Shown here in pieces: positions 56,484 to 64,000 of a DNA stretch of 64,000 nucleotides. The stretch's first letter is position 1. The number at the start of each line of letters is the position of its first letter. Below the pieces are notes generated by a model. It searched no databases, was not told the origin of the DNA, and saw nothing but the letters and a program-made list of their open reading frames with translations. The stretch covers positions 54,410 through 118,409 of the forward strand of contig CAUQKJ010000006.1 in NCBI GenBank assembly GCA_963518785.1. Reading direction: 5' to 3'. This DNA comes from an uncultured Campylobacter sp. (GTDB taxonomy: Bacteria; Campylobacterota; Campylobacteria; Campylobacterales; Campylobacteraceae). Both the position numbers and the translations under genes were made by a program.

Positions 56484-58256
56484 TTAATAATCAAAGATAT
56501 TCGGATCGATCACCATCGCGCGGTATGCCACGTCGTCTCTAGACGCGGACTCCACGTCCATCTCAAATTTGACGTCGTTTGTTTTCGGATCGATCTCCAC
56601 TAGCACCATTTTGATCGTCTTATCGGGCTTTAACAGATAGACGTTCGAGCTTGAGATGAAGTACGTGCTTTTATCCTTTTGCCACTCCACGACGCTAGTA
56701 ACCGCGCTGTAGAAGTCAAATCCGCGCTCCTTGCCAAATTCCCACGTCTGCTCGACTGTGCCCTTTTTCTCGTCGATCTTGTACTCGACCGCGCGTGAGT
56801 ATTTTTGCTCTTTTAGCGCAGGCTGCTCCATGCCGCGACCGTCGCCGTTGTCAAATACGCTTATATGCTTTACGCTGCCCTTGTTGTCGTAGCGCGGAGT
56901 GAGCCACGCGGTGTGCTGCGTCCACGACCAGTCGAAATCGCCCTCGCATTTTGAGTTTTCGCATTTGATCTTGTTGCCGTTTTTATCCACGGGCACTAGC
57001 ACTTTTTCTTTAAAGTCCGCGCTCCAGCCCTCAGGGCTTGCGAGGATCCATTTTACCTTTTTGTCACGGCCGATCTTAACGATGCCTTGGTGGCGAAGCG
57101 AGAGGATGATGCCGTCGTCGCTAGGATCGTATGAGATCGAGTTTGCGTGCGCCCAGTTGCGTCCCGTGCCGGTCGAGGTCACGTCGCCGAAAGGCAGATC
57201 GTCGCTGATTTTGATCTCTTTGGCGTCCATGTCGATATTTAGGCATACGGCGCGAGCGTCAAGAGCCTTGATGAGGTTGCTACGGTAAACGTTTTTGCCG
57301 AAAATTTCATTCAGATCCCACTCGTCCACGACCTTGCCGCTGCCGTCCACTTCGATGATGTGATCTCTGATCGTGTGCGAAATTCTGCCGTCAGGATGAT
57401 GGTAGTTGTATCTACCGACGCGAAGCAGCAGATGATCGCCCTTAAGCGGCATCACTTCGTGGCTAAGGTCGATGTAGCCGCGCGGCAGCTCGCGGTTATA
57501 CACCTCCTTACCCATCATGTCGTAGCGCATATATCGCTGCGCCATACCCCAGCTCAGATCGCCGTTTGGCAGCTGGTGAAAGCCCATCATCATGCCGCCG
57601 TCCATCACTCTGCGTTCGCTGCGGTCGTAAAATTTCTGATAATCTAGATACCATCTGACCTCGCCCTGCGTATCGACGACGAAATTTTCGGTGAAATCAT
57701 TCCAGCTAGCGGCACCCCCGTTTTTCCAATCAAGCGGCTTATAAACGCTCGTGATGGTGTTATTGATGAGGTAGAGCCTGTTTTTAAAGGCAGGATCGAC
57801 CTTTTTGACCTTCATCTTTTGCATATGGCTAAATCTATAATCACGGCTATACGTCACGATCGGCTGAGCGTAAATTTTATACTTTTCGACCTTCTTTTCG
57901 CCGTTAAAAACGTAGCTCACCTCAACCTCGTTTAGATAGTCCGGATACAGCCCCCAGATCGGCACGCCGTCGTGCGTCAATAGCGCATGCTCGGAGACGT
58001 TATATGAGATGTCGATGCCGCCGCCCGGTTTGCCCAGCACCCGCACGCGGATATCCTTGATGTCCTTGCCCGCCCTATCGATGACGGCGGTTAAAGGCGC
58101 CACGTCGTAGGGGTTGATAAACACCGAGCCAAGCTCGCCTTGGGTTTTTACCTGATGCGCCAAAACGCCCGCACTCGCCGTCTGCGGCACCGCTATAAAC
58201 GCACCGCTTGCCAAGGCCGCAGCCAAAACGATAGAACCGAAAAAATTCTTACGCAT
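56484..58256 (-). CDS. Periplasmic aryl-sulfate sulfotransferase (AssT/AstA family), copy 2
   Basis: Signal peptide, 590 aa. Collinear with copy 1 (NWAHANSISYDPSDDGIILSLRHQGIVKIGRDKKVKWI and so on). Confidence 0.8.
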   Translation of the reverse strand: MRKNFFGSIVLAAALASGAFIAVPQTASAGVLAHQVKTQGELGSVFINPYDVAPLTAVIDRAGKDIKDIRVRVLGKPGGGIDISYNVSEHALLTHDGVPIWGLYPDYLNEVEVSYVFNGEKKVEKYKIYAQPIVTYSRDYRFSHMQKMKVKKVDPAFKNRLYLINNTITSVYKPLDWKNGGAASWNDFTENFVVDTQGEVRWYLDYQKFYDRSERRVMDGGMMMGFHQLPNGDLSWGMAQRYMRYDMMGKEVYNRELPRGYIDLSHEVMPLKGDHLLLRVGRYNYHHPDGRISHTIRDHIIEVDGSGKVVDEWDLNEIFGKNVYRSNLIKALDARAVCLNIDMDAKEIKISDDLPFGDVTSTGTGRNWAHANSISYDPSDDGIILSLRHQGIVKIGRDKKVKWILASPEGWSADFKEKVLVPVDKNGNKIKCENSKCEGDFDWSWTQHTAWLTPRYDNKGSVKHISVFDNGDGRGMEQPALKEQKYSRAVEYKIDEKKGTVEQTWEFGKERGFDFYSAVTSVVEWQKDKSTYFISSSNVYLLKPDKTIKMVLVEIDPKTNDVKFEMDVESASRDDVAYRAMVIDPNIFDY

Positions 58257-58444
58257 ATTCGCTCCTTTTGGGTAAATTTATCAAATTTTACTACTACCGA
58301 ATCACATAATAATCATACTAGCTTTAAATCAAATTTAAAGTTAAATTCTAATATATCTACTTAAATTTTAGAACGCAAGCGAGACGGGTAACAGTCTAAA
58401 ATTTGATATAATTAGCCCTGCTTTATCAAATTTAAGGAGAGAAA

Positions 58445-58654
58445 ATGCCATTCGTAAATATAAAAGTAGCCGCTCCGGAGCCTACAAAAGAGCAAAAAAA
58501 GCAAATCATCGCCGAGATTACGGACTCGCTAGCACGCGTATTAGGCAAAGACCCAGCCGCAATACTCGTGATGATCGAAACGCTTGGTATGGACAGTATC
58601 GGTAAAAGCGGTCTAAGTCTTGAGGAGATCAAACAAAATAAAGAGAAAAAATGA
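58445..58654 (+). CDS. 4-oxalocrotonate tautomerase family enzyme
   Basis: MPFVNIKV (catalytic Pro1), 69 aa, beta-alpha-beta layout. RBS AAGGAGAG. Confidence 0.8.
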   Translation: MPFVNIKVAAPEPTKEQKKQIIAEITDSLARVLGKDPAAILVMIETLGMDSIGKSGLSLEEIKQNKEKK

Positions 58655-58677
58655 GTGAATTTTTATAGGATTTGAAG

Positions 58678-59004
58678 CTAAAAATCACGCTCGCAGCGCA
58701 CACTACTTGCGCCGCTAAGCGGTCTAAATTTGCCGAACACGCAGGCGGGCAGCAGTTTAAAAACCGCCGCCGCAAGCCGTTCTAGCGGGCGAGCATCCGA
58801 CCTCTCGCCCAAGATTAACGGCGGACGGACGATCTGAAGGCTATCAAAACCAAGCTCGCTCGCGCATCGCTCAACCTGCTCTTTGGCGCGCAGATAAAAG
58901 CTTAGCGAGCTCTCTTTCGCACCCAGAGATGATGCGAGTGCGAAGCGCCGCGCAGCCCCGCACCATCGGCACGTCCCGCTCGTAAAACATCTCCACGCCC
59001 TCAA
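58678..59004 (-). pseudogene. 3' fragment of an NAD(P)H-binding (HTATIP2/YbjT-like SDR) gene, paralogous to 61669-62303
   Basis: CGAARRFALASSLGAKESSLSFYLRAKEQVERCASELGFDSLQIVRPPLILGER aligns by eye with GARRFVLISAYGADERSRFFYMRAKGKAEKKIAELGFESLQIARLPAIKSER of the other copy. There is no Rossmann N-terminus. Confidence 0.6.
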
Positions 59005-59287
59005 GCTTGCCCGCGCCCCCTCGCATACTTGTCGTGCCCATCTTGGCGACGAATTGCGCCTGCGAGACTAAAGGCACCTGCACGGCAAATTTGCCGCTCT
59101 TTTCAAAAAGCGAGCGGGTAAAAGAGCTAGCACCTATGACGGCCGTTAGCTTGTCGTAGTCCAGAGGGCAGACCCATGACGCGCTCATGACGTCCCGCAC
59201 GCCGTCAAATTCGGCCGAGACCATGACGGTCGGCCCGTGATTTATGAGGCGATACGCTTTGTGAAGTTCGACAGGTTTTAGTGACAT
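58995..59287 (-). pseudogene. 5' fragment of a flavin reductase-like (FMN-binding split-barrel) gene, fused out of frame to the fragment above
   Basis: MSLKPVELHKAYRLINHGPTVMVSAEFDGVRDVMSASWVCPLDYD... from ATG 59287 (RBS AAAGGAGA). The domain is cut after about 100 aa, where the other frame becomes homologous to the SDR-like gene. Confidence 0.55.
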
Positions 59288-59367
59288 TTTTTCTCCTTTG
59301 GTTTGATAAAATTTAAATTTTATTTTTTGCCGATAATAGCCTAAATTTGGCAAATTTATCCATCTTA

Positions 59368-60327
59368 TTAAACAAAATCGGCCATAAGCTCGCCGACGAT
59401 TTTTTTGGCGCTTTTTATCTCTTTTATTAGGCTAATACCAGAATTTACGTATATTATGCCATTTTCTATATCGCCATCTATCATTGCGAGCCTTAGCGGA
59501 TTTAGTCGCTCGATTTTTTGCGCCACTACTTCCTTGTCGCCGTTTAGATACATTGCGTTTAGCTCCTTGGCAAATTTACTCGGCACTACGCGTTGATAGT
59601 CCGAAACAAAAAACAGCTCGCTAGAGCCCATAGATACGATGCTCTCTTTTGCCGGTTGCGCTGCCTGGCACTCGGTACTAGCGATAAATCTAGTACCCAC
59701 GTAAACACCGCTAGCCCCAAGCGCAAAGGCTGCTCGTACGCCTCTAATGTCGTTTATCCCGCCCGCAGCCATCACAGGCACGCTCACGGCATCGGCGATG
59801 ATCGGCACGATGCTAAAAGTACCTATTTTATTTTGCGGGCCCACTCCTCCTTCATCGTATCCCGTGGCAATTATAATATCTGCGCCCTCTTCTTGTGCCG
59901 CGCGAGCCGAATTTGCGCTTGGCGTAAGCGCTCTATGCACCAAAACTCCGCCGTTATCTTTTATAAATTTAAATAGCTCCGTTTCCGCTATGCCGACAAA
60001 GAAAAACGCCTTTACACCAGCCTCAAATGCCGTTTCCATAACCTTTAGCGCATATTTTTTGTCATTATCGTTTCGACAAACGATATTTACGCCGTAAGGC
60101 TTATTAGTTAGCGACTTTATACGTTCAAATTCTCGTTTATATCGCTCTTTCGTGTTTAAATTTTCAGAGTCTCTGCCGGCATTTGGCCCCAGCACGCCCA
60201 TTCCGCCGGCATTTGATACGGCAGCTACCAATGCGGCATTTGTTACGTTATTCATCGGAGCCTGCACGATAGGCAAGCTGACGCCCAAAATTTCGCACAG
60301 TTTCGTCGATTGATTAAAATTTTTCAT
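59368..60327 (-). CDS. Nitronate monooxygenase / FabK-like FMN oxidoreductase
   Basis: MKNFNQSTKLCEILGVSLPIVQAPMNNVTNAALVAAVSNAGGMGVLG and ...GGINDIRGVRAAFALGASGVYVGTRF. Start is the internal ATG at 60327 (AAAGGAAAAG upstream), not the track start. Confidence 0.8.
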   Translation of the reverse strand: MKNFNQSTKLCEILGVSLPIVQAPMNNVTNAALVAAVSNAGGMGVLGPNAGRDSENLNTKERYKREFERIKSLTNKPYGVNIVCRNDNDKKYALKVMETAFEAGVKAFFFVGIAETELFKFIKDNGGVLVHRALTPSANSARAAQEEGADIIIATGYDEGGVGPQNKIGTFSIVPIIADAVSVPVMAAGGINDIRGVRAAFALGASGVYVGTRFIASTECQAAQPAKESIVSMGSSELFFVSDYQRVVPSKFAKELNAMYLNGDKEVVAQKIERLNPLRLAMIDGDIENGIIYVNSGISLIKEIKSAKKIVGELMADFV

Positions 60328-61242
60328 ATTCTTTTCCTTTAAATTTTTAGCTAATGTACCTGCCCTCGGCGCCTCTTTGCGGGCGAGAGGAAAAAACTCC
60401 TCGCTCCTAGCTTTTATGCCTTTTTCTAGCGCCGCCAGCAGCCTGTCCTTATCCTGCGGTAGCCTTCCCGCGAGGGGTACGGAGTTGCTAGGGTGCATCC
60501 CCAGTATCTGCGTGTCTTTTAGCTCGAGCGCTTCGATTAGGCGCATTTCCTCCAGCAGATTCTCGCCTGCGGTATTTTCGGTAAATTTACCCTTTTGTGC
60601 GACGCTATAAAGCGCGCTTCCTTTAGCCAGAAACAAGGTCATGAGAAAAACCATCCAAGGCTGCACCTCGTTTATGAGCTTCGCGCTTTCGTCGATGTGC
60701 TCTTTTGAAAACTGCATCCCGCCGCCGACGACGATGATATTTAGGCAAAAGTCGTAACCGAATTTTTTTAGCCTAACCTAAGCAGGCGCCTTGGCCTCGT
60801 CGGCATCGTAGCCTTTTTTAAGCAGTTTAAGGGTCTGCGTATGACCCGACTCGAGCCCGATATTCATACCGTTAAATCTAAGCTTGCGCAAATTTTGCAG
60901 CTCCTCGTCGCTCTTTTTGGTGATGCCCGTGATCGTCGCGTAAGAGGCGATGGCCTCGACCTCGGGGAAAATTTGGATCGCTTTCTCGCCTATGGCGCTA
61001 AGCGTCTCGTAATCCAGCGAAAAAGCGTCGCCGTTTAGCAAAAAAATGCGCCTGACGAAGGGATTATAGCGCCTAGCCTCGAGCAAATCGCGCTATATTT
61101 GCTCGATCGATTCGACCGCAAACGGGACGTCGTGGTACATCGTGCAAAATGCGCAGCGATTGTGACTACAGCCCTAAGTCGCCTGCACCAGCAAAGAGTT
61201 AGCCTCGTAAGGCGGCCTATACGTAGTTCCCGTATACTTCAT
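60328..61242 (-). pseudogene. Radical SAM protein gene with three in-frame TAG codons and no stop before the next gene
   Basis: A single frame from ATG 61242 reads [35 protein letters not shown]...EQI*RDLLEARRYNP...GLESGHTQTL...EAKAPA*VRLKKFGYDFCLNIIVVGGG... TAGs lie at 61174-61176, 61093-61095 and 60778-60780. CxxxCxxC cluster present. Confidence 0.7.
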
Positions 61243-61668
61243 AAGTATGCTCCTTTATATTTTTTTGCGTGATTATACGTTGGCTTTATAAATAGATAAT
61301 GTAAATTTGTAAAATATATTACATAGAAAACGGCTCGTTTTATACTCGCTACAAAAGCGCCTATTTACGGGCTCTTTGCGGGTTTGTCGCTATTTTTGGC
61401 TATTTTGTCGGTCTTGGAGATTTTTAGCGCGAGCTTTTTCCACGCTAAATTTGAGCCCTCGCGCAGAGAACTATAAACGCACAAAAACGGCGACGCGCAC
61501 TGAGGTCAAAGCTCCAAATTTCTATCAAATTTTGCTTTTAGGTAGCTGTAAATTTAAACGCTCGTTGAGGCAAGCGCGCAAATTTGATTATCCCGGGATA
61601 AATTTAAATTTACGAGGCGAGGGCTTGCAAATTTTGCCTAATCCTGCAAGCCCCTCAAATTCGAGCTG

Positions 61669-62303
61669 CTACGCAAACTCTTTTGGATGATAAATTTGCA
61701 CGCCTTTGCTCTGCGTTTGCGCGGCGGCGATGACGACGACGGCGATATTTTGCGCGCTCATCGGGCGGTAGTTCGTCAAGATCCCCTTCGGCAAAAGCCC
61801 GAACAGCCAGATCGTACAAGAGCTCGCTGAGTCGCAACTCGTTACGCTCGCTTTTTATCGCGGGCAGCCTAGCGATTTGCAGGCTTTCAAAGCCCAGCTC
61901 GGCGATCTTTTTCTCGGCCTTGCCCTTTGCTCTCATGTAGAAAAATCTCGACCGTTCGTCCGCGCCGTAGGCGGAGATAAGCACGAAACGGCGAGCGCCC
62001 GCGGCGATGCCCCATTTTGCGGTATTTACGGGGTAGTTCACATCCACTTTGTAAAACTGCCCGCGGCTACCGGCTTGCTTCATCGTCGTGCCCAGCGCGC
62101 AGAAAATCTCGTCTATGTCGCACGGCTCTATCTCTTTGATCTTATCTAAATTACGATCTGCACCTCAAGTTTTTCGTGGCTAAACTTTAGCTCCCTACGC
62201 GCCCAGACGACGATCTTGTCGTAGTTTTGGCTTTCGCAAAGCCCTCGCACGATCTCGCACCCGACCGCTCCCGTCGCGCCACGACCAAAGCCGTTTTTCT
62301 CAT
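61669..62303 (-). pseudogene. NAD(P)H-binding (HTATIP2/YbjT-like SDR) gene disrupted by at least three single-base indels
   Basis: The sequence MRKTALVV|GATGAVGCEIVRGL...LEVQIV|NLDKIKEIEPCDIDEIFCALGTTMKQAGS...FYMRAKGKAEKKIAELGFESLQIARLP...|GLLPKGILTNYRPMSAQNIAVVVIAAAQ can only be assembled by switching frames at about 62279, about 62150 and about 61790. Confidence 0.65.
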
Positions 62304-62478
62304 TTTTGCTCCTTTGATTAAATTTCATCGGCGGCAGATACCGCAAATAACCGAATCGGCTCGGTATTAATTTGCTCTAAATTTATGTCTTAGCCTGCTG
62401 AGCAGGCCTAAGTCCTGGTGCGTTTGGGTTAAATTCTTTCACGGCGCGCGAAATTTAGCGGGCTTGAAATTTCACCCG

Positions 62479-62961
62479 CTATTTTCTGCGGATCTTATAG
62501 CCCTTGCCGCTTTTTGTTTTTAGCAGTAAAATTTTTCCGTCTTTCGAGACGTAGTAGCCGCCCTTAACTTTGCTTAAAATTTCGCTCTGCGGCAAGCTCG
62601 CCCAAAAAATTTCCACCCTGCTTTTATCCGCGGAAAATATCCCGTAGATCGCAAGCGCGGCGTTATCCGGATCGTCTAGCCTCACGTCCGCGACGTCAAA
62701 AACCTGCACGCAGCCATTCTTGATCTTTGAAAAGCTCTGCCCTGCGGCGATCAAGCAGCCGTGCTCGTCCATGCCGCCGCCTACCATCGGCTCCTGCACG
62801 GCAGGCACCTTGCAGACGCCCTCACTAGCGCCGCAGTCCGCAGCCGCGCTTTCGCCCCTCTTATCCATTGCGCTTGCCTCCTTGCCTGGCTTTGTATCAT
62901 GCGCCGCGCAGCCGCACAAAAACGCCGCCGCAAAGGCCACGATTAAAATTTTACCTCTCAT
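62479..62961 (-). CDS. Hypothetical lipoprotein
   Basis: Lipobox AAFLCGC. 160 aa with a basic C-terminus. Confidence 0.6.
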   Translation of the reverse strand: MRGKILIVAFAAAFLCGCAAHDTKPGKEASAMDKRGESAAADCGASEGVCKVPAVQEPMVGGGMDEHGCLIAAGQSFSKIKNGCVQVFDVADVRLDDPDNAALAIYGIFSADKSRVEIFWASLPQSEILSKVKGGYYVSKDGKILLLKTKSGKGYKIRRK

Positions 62962-62982
62962 CTTTACTCCTTTAAATAAATT

Positions 62983-64000
62983 TTATCTGCACTCAAAGCT
63001 ACTCGCGCTATTTTCGTCGCCGCCTACGTAGGTAGCCACTTTTGGATACGCGCAGATAGGTATCTGCTTACCGGCACGGCTCGTGCTTTTGCCTAGCAGG
63101 CTAGATGGAGCCGTTCCCTGCTCGCGCCACGCTTCAAGCGCGCTTAGCGGATCGACGTCATCGATGCCGTTACCGCCGCCGCAGTGATTCATCCCAGGCA
63201 ATGCAAAAAATCGCGCAAATTCGTCCGCGTTCGCGTTGGTTTCCACTAGCTTTTTAAACCAATCGCGCTGATCCATCGCCGAAAATACGGGATCAGAGAC
63301 GCCCGTTACGATGATGAGTTTACCGCCGTTAGCGCGGAAGCTATCAAGCTTGGTCGAAATCGCATCGTTTATCGCCGCGGTTTCGAATGTTCGCTCTACG
63401 TCCTTATCGAAATCAAAGTTCATCAGATCAAACTCCGGTTGCGGCGGCGTCAAGAAATAATAATTCATCGAACCCTTCGAGAGTACGATATTTCTAGCAT
63501 TTGGCTCTGCCGTTTGCGAGTCGCCTAGCTTCCACATGCGCCAGCCGGGCTGATTTACCCCCGCGTCGTAAAACCAGCCGCTGTAAATTTGCTCGCCCTT
63601 GCTGTTTTTTGCGCCGTCAAATATCGTCTTTATCGCAGAAATTTTATCTTTGGGCAGATCAAGTCCGCTAGGATCAAATTTACAACTTTCCCAAGCGCCG
63701 ATGATTCCGTCTTTTAGGCCGTCTAGCGCATCGCATTTATCTAAAACCGCCTTGCTTAGCTTATCCAAATCTTCCTGCGTAAGGGCGTTTGCGAAAATTT
63801 TATCCCCAGCGGCGTTTTTAGGCGCGATCTTCATAAGCTGCCGGTTATCCCACTGCTCCGCGATCGCCGCGCGCGAAAGCCTAAAACCCGGATTTGCCGC
63901 GATTACGCCGTCAAATTCCAGCGGATACCTCTGCGCCGCCATCAGAGCCGAGCGCCCGCCGTTTGAGCAGCCCATAAAGTAGCTGTGCGCGGGCGCTTTT
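62983..64000 (-). CDS. Tannase/feruloyl esterase family alpha/beta hydrolase. Partial: the 5' end lies beyond the window end.
   Basis: YFMGCSNGGRSALMAAQRYPLEFDGVIAANPGF (nucleophile elbow GCSNGG) and C-terminal PGMNHCGGG. The frame stays open upstream of the track start to base 64000. Confidence 0.8.
   Translation of the reverse strand, partial: KAPAHSYFMGCSNGGRSALMAAQRYPLEFDGVIAANPGFRLSRAAIAEQWDNRQLMKIAPKNAAGDKIFANALTQEDLDKLSKAVLDKCDALDGLKDGIIGAWESCKFDPSGLDLPKDKISAIKTIFDGAKNSKGEQIYSGWFYDAGVNQPGWRMWKLGDSQTAEPNARNIVLSKGSMNYYFLTPPQPEFDLMNFDFDKDVERTFETAAINDAISTKLDSFRANGGKLIIVTGVSDPVFSAMDQRDWFKKLVETNANADEFARFFALPGMNHCGGGNGIDDVDPLSALEAWREQGTAPSSLLGKSTSRAGKQIPICAYPKVATYVGGDENSASSFECR

Noticed and set aside
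59368-60717. 449-aa ORF taken as a single protein
   Set aside because: The C-terminal 319 aa are a complete nitronate monooxygenase with its own RBS and ATG at 60327. The N-terminal 130 aa are the in-frame tail of the upstream disrupted radical SAM gene.
60778-61176. TAG reassignment or pyrrolysine-type recoding as the explanation for three in-frame TAGs
   Set aside because: TAG clearly terminates several well-defined genes in this window (mccB-like 6282, DUF3137-like 19792, SOD-like 32714). No suppressor tRNA is present in the tRNA cluster. Pseudogenisation is more parsimonious.
61376-61690. Plus-strand 104-aa ORF between the radical SAM gene and the SDR-like pseudogene
   Set aside because: Non-protein-like sequence. 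The region is intergenic or overlaps the decayed 3' end of the minus-strand gene.

Overview
This window reads like a chromosomal segment from a Campylobacter-type epsilonproteobacterium. That assignment is an inference from gene content and the AAATTT-rich intergenic style.

Main content, in order:
- 1-12.4 kb: a complete Mcc-type octaheme sulfite-reductase locus. It contains mccABCD, a fused CcsBA heme lyase, a two-component system, and copper-handling-like genes at both borders.
- 14.8-16.8 kb: an octaheme HAO-family cytochrome with a NapC/NrfH-type partner.
- 17-18.4 kb: a two-subunit class I fumarate hydratase.
- 25-29 kb: housekeeping genes (rnhB, pyrE, frr, secG).
- 29-32.7 kb: a translationally coupled set of carbonic anhydrase, an MscS-like channel, a 57-aa acidic peptide and an atypical SOD-like protein.
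- 35.4-38.1 kb: a sharply AT-rich islet. It carries a pentapeptide-repeat/membrane protein split by a one-base poly-A frameshift.
- 38-42.2 kb: moeA, an MFS transporter and rdgB.
- 42.2-42.8 kb: six tRNAs (Pro-His-Arg-Arg-Leu-Asn).
- 43.1-44.4 kb: hcp, preceded by a perfect TTGAT-N4-ATCAA box.
- 45.3-47.2 kb: pdxK and menA.
- 48.4-58.3 kb: a duplicated arylsulfotransferase/DsbA/DsbB-type locus with an embedded two-component system.
- 58.7-62.3 kb: a gene-decay zone with a chimeric fragment, a radical-SAM gene carrying three in-frame TAGs and a multiply frameshifted NAD(P)H-binding gene.

Other notable features are several ORF-free stretches of about 1.2-1.4 kb, a 14-nt palindrome (AAATTTTAAAATTT) dispersed through intergenic DNA, and a G9 tract in a lipoprotein promoter region.

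No CRISPR array, transposase, integrase or rRNA was seen. All function calls rest on motif recognition by eye; no database search was run.
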